Assembly (NCBI GenBank): GCA_009837395.1
Contig: VXTP01000030.1
Location: 19,211-83,210 of the forward strand
Length of the DNA: 64,000 nt
From: Gemmatimonadota bacterium
GTDB taxonomy: Bacteria; JAAXHH01
Direction: 5' to 3'
Part shown: one piece after another, positions 57,665 to 64,000 of the stretch
How positions within the stretch are numbered: the first letter of the stretch is position 1
Layout of the letters: every line of letters begins with the position of its first letter
Translations under genes and position numbers: made by a program
Notes under the pieces: model-generated
The model's database searches: none
Told to the model about the DNA's origin: nothing
Seen by the model: the letters and a program-made list of their open reading frames with translations, nothing else

Positions 57665-58126
57665 ATGAGCTTGACGGAACTGTTGGACGAAAACGCTATC
57701 CTGGTCAACCTAAAGGCCACACAGAAACAGGAAGTGATCGAAGAACTGGCCGCGGCACTGACCGAGTCCGGCCGGATCAGCGACAACCGGGAAGTGCTCC
57801 AGGCCGTCCTGGAACGCGAGAAGATCATGAGCACCGGGATTGGGAAGGGCGTCGCCATTCCCCACGGCAAGTGCAAGGCCGTCGACAGGCTGGTCGGGGT
57901 GCTCGGGATCAAGAAGGAGGGCGTGGATTTCCAGTCCCTCGACGAACAGCCGGTCTATCTCTTCTTCCTGCTCGTCTCCCCCCTGAACGTCTCCGGTCCC
58001 CATATCCGGGCGCTTGCCCACATCTCCCGCCTGCTTCGGCACGACAATCTGCGAAAACAGCTGATCGCCGCGGAAGACCCCCGCGACGCCCTTGCGCTCA
58101 TCGCGGAAGAGGAAGAGAACATGTAG
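57665..58126 (+). CDS. ptsN: PTS EIIA(Ntr) nitrogen regulatory protein
   Basis: MSLTELLDENAILVNL..IGKGVAIPHGK contains the phosphorylatable His. I used the internal ATG at 57665. It is 153 aa. Confidence 0.8.
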   Translation: MSLTELLDENAILVNLKATQKQEVIEELAAALTESGRISDNREVLQAVLEREKIMSTGIGKGVAIPHGKCKAVDRLVGVLGIKKEGVDFQSLDEQPVYLFFLLVSPLNVSGPHIRALAHISRLLRHDNLRKQLIAAEDPRDALALIAEEEENM

Positions 58127-58198
58127 CGCGGTCTGCGTGCTTCGGTACCGTCCTAACGTCCACACAAAAGCATTCACACAAAAGCAAAGGAAGAAGCC

Positions 58199-58930
58199 GT
58201 GGCGTCTGCGTCCAGGATCGATGGCCGGGAGACCGACCAGTTGCGTCCTGTCGAGATCCGGCGCAACTACCTGCGCCACGCGGAAGGATCCGCGCTGATT
58301 TCCATGGGCGGCACGACCGTGCTCTGTTCGGCGAGCGTGGACGAAAGCGTACCGCCTTTTCTGAAAGGGAGCGGCAAGGGCTGGGTCACAGCGGAATACG
58401 GCATGCTTCCGCGAAGCACGAACACGCGGGTGTCCCGCGACGGCCGGCGCGGCAGCGTCTCCGGTCGCACGCAGGAGATCCAGCGGCTCATCGGGCGGTC
58501 GCTCCGCGCCGTATTCGACCTGGACAGCCTGGGAGAACGGTCCATCCTCATCGATTGCGACGTCATCGAAGCCGACGGGGGAACCCGGACCGCTTCGATC
58601 ACGGGCAGTTACGTGGCGCTTCGCGACGCAGTGTCCTGGCTTTCGCTGCAGGGGCTGATCGATCGCGACCCCGTCCGGGACGCGGTCGCCGCCATCAGCG
58701 TGGGCATCATCGGCGGCGTGCCCATGCTCGATCTGTGCTACGACGAGGACTCCACGGCGGACGTCGACATGAATCTCGTCATGACCGGCGACGGCGACCT
58801 GGTGGAAATCCAGGGCACCGCCGAGCACCACCCCTTCTCAACGGATCAGCTGGCCGCCATGCTCGACCTCGGCAAACAGGGCGTTAACCGGCTGATCGAC
58901 CTTCAGGAACAGGCGCTGGCCCAGGGCTAG
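58199..58930 (+). CDS. rph: ribonuclease PH
   Basis: It reads [31 protein letters not shown] and is 243 aa, with a GTG start. Confidence 0.9.
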   Translation: MASASRIDGRETDQLRPVEIRRNYLRHAEGSALISMGGTTVLCSASVDESVPPFLKGSGKGWVTAEYGMLPRSTNTRVSRDGRRGSVSGRTQEIQRLIGRSLRAVFDLDSLGERSILIDCDVIEADGGTRTASITGSYVALRDAVSWLSLQGLIDRDPVRDAVAAISVGIIGGVPMLDLCYDEDSTADVDMNLVMTGDGDLVEIQGTAEHHPFSTDQLAAMLDLGKQGVNRLIDLQEQALAQG

Positions 58931-58939
58931 GCCACGAAA

Positions 58940-59536
58940 ATGACCCTTGTCCTGGCCACGCGCAACCCGGGTAAGATCTCCGAGATCAAGGCTTTGCTTC
59001 CCGGCGTGCGGGTCGCGCCTGCCGCGTCTTTTGCCGGCTGTCCCGAGCCGGAAGAGACGGGCCGTACCTTCGAAGAGAACGCCCTCATCAAGGCGCGGGC
59101 CGTCTCGCGGTACACCGGAAAGACCGCACTGGCGGACGACTCCGGTTTGGAGGTGGACGCCCTGGACGGGGCACCCGGCGTCCACTCGGCACGGTATGCC
59201 GGATCGGACGCCACCGACCAGGACAACATCCGGCGCCTGCTCGACGCCCTGGACGGGATCTCCGACGCCGACCGCACGGCCCGGTTTCGATGCGTCGTGG
59301 CGGTCGTGGTTCCCGATGGGCGCTCCTGGACCGCGGACGGCGTCTGCGAGGGCCGGATCCTGAAGGTGCCGCAGGGCCACGCGGGATTCGGGTACGATCC
59401 GCTGTTCGTGCCCGCAGGTTGCGAAAACACCTTCGCCGAACTGGACGCAGCGGTGAAAAACCGGATCAGCCACCGGGCGCTGGCGCTTCGACAGATCGCG
59501 GACGTGCTGAAGTCCCTGGCAGACCTTCCGGACTGA
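58940..59536 (+). CDS. rdgB: non-canonical purine NTP pyrophosphatase (dITP/XTP)
   Basis: It reads MTLVLATRNPGKISE..SGLEVDAL..FGYDP. Rph-rdgB adjacency is classic. Confidence 0.9.
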   Translation: MTLVLATRNPGKISEIKALLPGVRVAPAASFAGCPEPEETGRTFEENALIKARAVSRYTGKTALADDSGLEVDALDGAPGVHSARYAGSDATDQDNIRRLLDALDGISDADRTARFRCVVAVVVPDGRSWTADGVCEGRILKVPQGHAGFGYDPLFVPAGCENTFAELDAAVKNRISHRALALRQIADVLKSLADLPD

Positions 59537-59578
59537 AGGCGCTATCCGAAGTACCTAAATGAATCTGAAAGGCATGTC

Positions 59579-60571
59579 ATGAAAAAGTGGACCACAGAAA
59601 AAGCCCACGCTTGGTATCGCGAAGCGGGCGTCATTCGCGGCTGCAACTACCTGCCGCGCACGGCCGTGAATATGACCGAGATGTGGCAGGCGCCCACTTT
59701 CGACCCGGAAACCATCGACCAGGAACTGGGATGGGCCGCCGCCGCCGGCTACAACAGCGTGCGGATCTTCGTGCAGTACCTGGTCTGGGAAGACGACCCG
59801 GAGGGCCTGAAGGAGCGGTTGGACCGTTTTCTGGCCATCGCGTCGCGGCACGGCGTCAGCACCATGATTATTCTCTTCTGCGATTGTTACTTCGGGGGAC
59901 GCGATCCGTACCTGGGACCCCAGGACGGCCCGGTGCCCGGCGTGCACAACAGCCAGTGGGTGCCGAGTCCGGGGTTCGAACGCCTGGCCGACCGGGACGC
60001 CTGGCCGGGGCTCGAGCGCTACGTGAAGGACATCGTCGGCAGCTTCGGGTCGGACCCGCGCGTGCTGGTGTGGGACCTGTACAACGAACCGGACGACGAG
60101 CTGCGGAGCCAGCCGCTCGTGGAGGACGCCTTCGCCTGGGCGCGTTCCACCGGCCCCATGCAGCCGCTTACCACGGGACCCTGGACCTGGAACGCCTTCG
60201 AAGACGACCTCTCTTCACGCCTCTTCGAACTGTCCGATATCGTCACCTTCCACTACTACGGGGCGGCTGAAGACATCGGCCCCAGCCTCTCCCGGTACCA
60301 AGCCCACGGCCGGCCCGTGATCTGCACCGAGTGGCTGCGGCGGCACCATGGCAACACCTACGCGGAGATGCTCCCCGTTTTCGCGGAAAACCGGATCGGC
60401 TGGTACAACTGGGGGCTCGTGGCGGGAAGGACGCAGACCTACCTGGCCTGGGAGTCGAAGCAGGGCGATCCCACCCCGGCGGTCTGGCAACACGACATGA
60501 TGCATCCCGACGGCACCCCGCTCGACCCCGGGGAACTGGACCTCATCCGGCGGTTCGATTTCTCCGGATGA
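59579..60571 (+). CDS. glycoside hydrolase, TIM-barrel clan GH-A (GH5-like), cytoplasmic
   Basis: LYNEP is a candidate acid/base motif and ICTEW a candidate nucleophile motif. There is no signal peptide. Confidence 0.6.
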   Translation: MKKWTTEKAHAWYREAGVIRGCNYLPRTAVNMTEMWQAPTFDPETIDQELGWAAAAGYNSVRIFVQYLVWEDDPEGLKERLDRFLAIASRHGVSTMIILFCDCYFGGRDPYLGPQDGPVPGVHNSQWVPSPGFERLADRDAWPGLERYVKDIVGSFGSDPRVLVWDLYNEPDDELRSQPLVEDAFAWARSTGPMQPLTTGPWTWNAFEDDLSSRLFELSDIVTFHYYGAAEDIGPSLSRYQAHGRPVICTEWLRRHHGNTYAEMLPVFAENRIGWYNWGLVAGRTQTYLAWESKQGDPTPAVWQHDMMHPDGTPLDPGELDLIRRFDFSG

Positions 60572-60634
60572 CCGAAGACACGGCCGGGCGGTGTGTCGCC
60601 TCACCCCTTCTACTGAGTTACTAATTAAAGGTGA

Positions 60635-62566
60635 TCAGGCGGTTTCGTACCGCGGCCGGTTGACGTACCGGGCCATATCCAGGTCCAGGTGGATCCGGGT
60701 GGCCGGCGGCAGCACCACGCGAAGGCGCGAATCGTCGACCTGAAGCGACAGGTGGCGCACCGATTTCCGAGGCGCGGCATAGGCGCCTGTAGCGCCTGGA
60801 TACGGCGTGTCGGTCGCATCGTAAGAAGCGTTGCGAAAGACGTGCTCGGACAGGGCGCCGGCCTGCAGGACGACCCGTCTGGTTTCCGTGTGATGCAGGT
60901 TGACCAGGTGCACACCCACGCGGGACGGTTCGATCCGGTCGACGAGGGCGGCGGTGTCGGCCGGCAAGCCCGGGCGTTTGCGGTCGCCGTCAAAGTAACG
61001 CAGCCGCGCGTTGGGGATGCCGCCGTAGTAGATGACCTGGGGACATCCCATGGTGAGTTGCACGAGGGCCTCGGTGGTCACGGGCTGCACCTGCTGCCAC
61101 AGATGAATGCCCGGACCGGCTTCGAGATCCGAATCGTCGGCGCGGATCTGAGCCAGCCGATGGCAGACCAGGGCGTGGGCGGCCCCCAGCATCCGCTCCG
61201 GGTAGTCCGGATTCTCTCCCCGCAGATAGAGCAACCAGGGCTCGTCGTGATGCATGTCACCCTTGTCCCGGAAGGGCACCACGGCCGACCAGTCATAGCC
61301 GCTGCGCTCGCGCAGGTAGTCCATGCGCGCCCGGTCCTCGTCGGCCTCCGACACGTTCCACACGTTCAACGGATAGGTCACGGGCATGGGCTGGTAGTCC
61401 ATCCAGCCCTGGTCGCCGTAGCGGTACGGCGTGAGGAAGGTCCGCCGGTCGGGACCGAGGCTCCGGTCGACGCCGATGTAGTGATCCCGGATGCTAATCT
61501 GGGACGCCATTTCATCGAAATCCCCGTCGATCCCCTCCTCCAGCACACGGTCGATCATGCCCCGCGGCAGGTCGAACCAGCCGGCGTCCCCTGACAGCAG
61601 GTAGGCGTTGTTGGCCGCGGTGATGGCGGCGTAACCCAGGTTGTAGAACCCGTGCGGCCACGTCCAGCCGTAGAGGCCGCCGTACCACTTTCCGTTGTGC
61701 AGGGCCCCCACACGCCCGTCCAGCCCCACGTTGTCCGGCATGAGCCCGCCGTTCTCCCGGGCCCGTTCCAGCCAGGCCCCGGTATACTCCAGCAGCCAGT
61801 CCCGGTACTTCTCGTCGCCGGTCATCAGATAGGCGGTCATGATGAGTCCGTTGACGCTCAGGTTGTTCCCCACGTCGCCCTCTCGGAACCGCTCGGCCAT
61901 GGCCCTGCCCATGACCCGCGCCTTCGCGGGGTTCTGGAGATCGTCCACGTGCGTGATCCCCGGGACGTCGCTCAGCGGCAGGCCGTACACCCGCATGCCG
62001 GGGCCGGGATTGTACGTCAGCCGGCTGTCGTCCTCGCTCATCCCCCAGGCGGGTCCGCCGCTGCCGTTGTGAGGTGCCCGGATGATGCGATGCACCGGAT
62101 CGTAGTTCAGTGCGTCGGGGAATTCGTTCAGGTAGAAGCCGGCGAATCGTCGGGCGCGGTCGCGCAGCTTGGGATTGTCGGGGTCGGCAAGGCAGAGATG
62201 GTAGAAGTAGATGTAGCTTTCGCTCTGGTGAAACTGGTCGTATCCCCGCTCATACTCCCGATGGATCCGCCCGAAGCGGGTCAGCTGCCGGGTGATGGCG
62301 TCCCAGTGCCGGTCCGCCGCCTCCAGCAGATGGTCTCCGCCACCCAGGCTGTAGCACTGGGCGAAATTTGTGAAGGCTTCGTAGAAATCATCCATCCCGT
62401 CCCGGCTTCCCGAACAGGTATCCGCCCAGATCAGCGACCCGTCTTCGCGGGTGTACTTCTCGATGTAGGGATGGACCGCCTCGTCTATCGTGTCGATGAG
62501 CTTGCGTTCGAGGATCGCCCACGGCGGCGTGATCTCGTAGTGGACGCTTGCCGTTACGGTGTGCAT
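60635..62566 (-). CDS. hypothetical protein (643 aa; candidate uncharacterized carbohydrate-active enzyme), no signal peptide
   Basis: It is one long ORF with no recognizable motif. I chose the ATG at 62566 (MHTVTAS), which has a GGAG 6 nt upstream. The track extends to 62626. Confidence 0.55.
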   Translation of the reverse strand: MHTVTASVHYEITPPWAILERKLIDTIDEAVHPYIEKYTREDGSLIWADTCSGSRDGMDDFYEAFTNFAQCYSLGGGDHLLEAADRHWDAITRQLTRFGRIHREYERGYDQFHQSESYIYFYHLCLADPDNPKLRDRARRFAGFYLNEFPDALNYDPVHRIIRAPHNGSGGPAWGMSEDDSRLTYNPGPGMRVYGLPLSDVPGITHVDDLQNPAKARVMGRAMAERFREGDVGNNLSVNGLIMTAYLMTGDEKYRDWLLEYTGAWLERARENGGLMPDNVGLDGRVGALHNGKWYGGLYGWTWPHGFYNLGYAAITAANNAYLLSGDAGWFDLPRGMIDRVLEEGIDGDFDEMASQISIRDHYIGVDRSLGPDRRTFLTPYRYGDQGWMDYQPMPVTYPLNVWNVSEADEDRARMDYLRERSGYDWSAVVPFRDKGDMHHDEPWLLYLRGENPDYPERMLGAAHALVCHRLAQIRADDSDLEAGPGIHLWQQVQPVTTEALVQLTMGCPQVIYYGGIPNARLRYFDGDRKRPGLPADTAALVDRIEPSRVGVHLVNLHHTETRRVVLQAGALSEHVFRNASYDATDTPYPGATGAYAAPRKSVRHLSLQVDDSRLRVVLPPATRIHLDLDMARYVNRPRYETA

Positions 62567-62656
62567 CGATGGCTCCGTTCGTTCAGTGGAGGACATGCCG
62601 GCCAGCCGGACTGCGCGGGCGATCATTCGACGACCGGATGGATCCCGCGCGGATGC

Positions 62657-63223
62657 TCAGGGCGCGGCCGAATCCGCCGGTGCCGCCACGCCGACCTGCA
62701 CGATGCGCGCCTGGTCCACCCCGGCCGCCCCCACGTACTTGAAGACCATGCCGTCCAGTTCGCGGGGCATGAAGTCCTGGTCGACGACCGCCTGACCGCC
62801 GGTCAGCAGCACCGCGAATGCCGCCGCCTGGGAACTGGCTTCCGGGTCGGTGGGGAAGGCGAATTCCGTCCCCGGAAGATTCGTGTACACCACCCGGCCG
62901 GTCTCGTCGCTTACCCAGAATTCACTGATGGCGGATCCATCGGCGACCGCGGCCAACACGCCGTTTATCTCCTCCGTGCTCATGCCCGCCTTTACCGCGG
63001 CCGCCACGAAGTGCGCCGTCAGCATGGCTTCGGCGGCCATGTGATCCGACAGCAGGCCGTCAACCGCCGCGACGGACGTCGCGCCCGCATCCGGGGCAGC
63101 AGCGTCCGCGTCCGGGGCCGTCGCGTCCGCATCCGGGGCCGTCGCCGCCTCTTCGGCGGGAGGGGTGTCTTCCGCGCAACCGGGTACGAAGAGGGCGATG
63201 AAAAGGGCCAGTGTCCAGGTCAT
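62657..63223 (-). CDS. lipoprotein with (A)PDADA tandem-repeat linker, hypothetical
   Basis: It has a lipobox (LFVPGC). Three tandem repeats of about 24 bp encode APDADATAPDADAAAPDAGA. Alternative upstream start at 63238. Confidence 0.55.
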   Translation of the reverse strand: MTWTLALFIALFVPGCAEDTPPAEEAATAPDADATAPDADAAAPDAGATSVAAVDGLLSDHMAAEAMLTAHFVAAAVKAGMSTEEINGVLAAVADGSAISEFWVSDETGRVVYTNLPGTEFAFPTDPEASSQAAAFAVLLTGGQAVVDQDFMPRELDGMVFKYVGAAGVDQARIVQVGVAAPADSAAP

Positions 63224-63286
63224 GAAAGATCGTCTCATTTTAAATCAGCTCCTTGTGAAGGTGGTTTTCCACGGGACGAAGGTGTT

Positions 63287-64000
63287 TTATTCACAGGCGT
63301 CAAGACCGATGACCCGATCCGACAGTTCCCTGAGATCGGTAACGACCAGGTCACACAGGGCGTCACCGGCATCTTCCGTTCTTCCTTTCCTGATGTAGAC
63401 CGTCATCATCCCGGCGTTCCTTGCGCCGGCTATATCGTGTTCAATGCTGTCCCCCACGAAGACGGACTGACCGGGCGTGGCGTTCAGCCGGGACAGTGCC
63501 AGCCTGAATATGCGGGGATCCGGCTTGGCGATGCCCACTTCCCCGGAAATGAGCACCGCTTCGAAATACCTCGACGCTTCCAGGGCTTCGATTTTGTCTC
63601 GCTGGGATTTAGAACCATTGGTGACCACGGCCATGGGGTGCTTTCTGGTCTGAAGGCATCTCAACAGCGGCTCGGCTCCGTCCGACCAGGAGGTATAGCT
63701 GGCGATCTTGCTGCGCATCATCTCGACAAAGGCCGTAACGGGCATGACCGGGCGGACCGGACGCTCACCGAAAAGATAGTCGTGGATCGCGGCCTTGCTG
63801 CCCCGGCCTCTCCGATCGAGGCCGCGCAGCGCGTCCATGCGCTCGGACCATGGAGCTCCTTCCGGCATCAGGTCCGGGAAGTACGTGTTAAGCAGAAACG
63901 TGAAGAACCGGTCTCGCGCCCGGTCGCGGTCGACGAGGGTGTCATCGAGATCGAAAAGGACCGCGTTGCCTGCTTTGAAAACCGAACCCGCCGGGCGCGC
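63287..64000 (-). CDS. HAD-superfamily hydrolase (partial, 5-prime end beyond window edge)
   Basis: HAD motif I (AVLFDLDDTLVD) is encoded at about 63940-63975 in frame with the track ORF. Motifs III/IV (VGDSIEHDIAGARNAG) are present. Confidence 0.7.
   Translation of the reverse strand, partial: ARPAGSVFKAGNAVLFDLDDTLVDRDRARDRFFTFLLNTYFPDLMPEGAPWSERMDALRGLDRRGRGSKAAIHDYLFGERPVRPVMPVTAFVEMMRSKIASYTSWSDGAEPLLRCLQTRKHPMAVVTNGSKSQRDKIEALEASRYFEAVLISGEVGIAKPDPRIFRLALSRLNATPGQSVFVGDSIEHDIAGARNAGMMTVYIRKGRTEDAGDALCDLVVTDLRELSDRVIGLDACE

Noticed and set aside
1-64000. tRNA, rRNA, CRISPR arrays, transposase/integrase genes
   Set aside because: No GTTCGAATCC-type T-arm contexts with cloverleaf partners, no rRNA-like conserved stretches, and no spaced direct-repeat arrays were seen. 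All repeats found are short contiguous tandem arrays.

Overview
This 64 kb window is high-GC (about 66%) bacterial chromosome, and about 90% of it codes for protein. The gene content points to a Gram-negative heterotroph: SurA-type outer-membrane chaperones, SD-like ribosome-binding sites, sigma70-consensus promoters, and many Gfo/Idh/MocA oxidoreductases and sulfatases. A Gemmatimonadota- or Planctomycetota-like marine organism is possible, but the sequence alone does not settle it.

Housekeeping genes are interspersed with accessory genes. The housekeeping set is pyrG, rpsT, uvrC, hisI, hisD, sdhCAB, pdxJ, rsmA/ksgA, tatD, metG, holB, two SurA/parvulin PPIases, mfd, purC, ptsN, rph and rdgB.

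The accessory content is mostly a regulator-less catabolic block between about 10.9 and 27.6 kb and again between about 33.8 and 38.8 kb. It holds three PhyH-family dioxygenases, a dienelactone hydrolase, an HpcH aldolase, an enolase-superfamily enzyme, DUF1611, several Gfo/Idh/MocA oxidoreductases, three SDRs, a xylose-isomerase-like TIM barrel, two signal-peptide-less sulfatases, a cyclase and a stand-alone HsdR-N nuclease-fold protein. This block abuts a convergent pair of paralogous ~650-aa polytopic membrane proteins of unknown family, which I consider the most novel item.

Other notable items:
- A translationally coupled CRTAC1 (FG-GAP/ASPIC-UnbV), RnfD/NqrB-like membrane protein and Gfo oxidoreductase operon.
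- A low-GC islet encoding a DUF1524 His-Me-finger nuclease lipoprotein.
- A divergent SecD/SecF-like pair fused to the pdxJ-ksgA operon.
- Short tandem repeats of 10-23 bp placed directly upstream of five different genes.
- An orphan Rho-independent terminator (candidate sRNA or attenuator) in the leader of sdhCAB.

I found no rRNA, tRNA, CRISPR array, transposase or integrase. Many long ORFs in the supplied track are GC-driven shadow frames on the opposite strand and were discarded.
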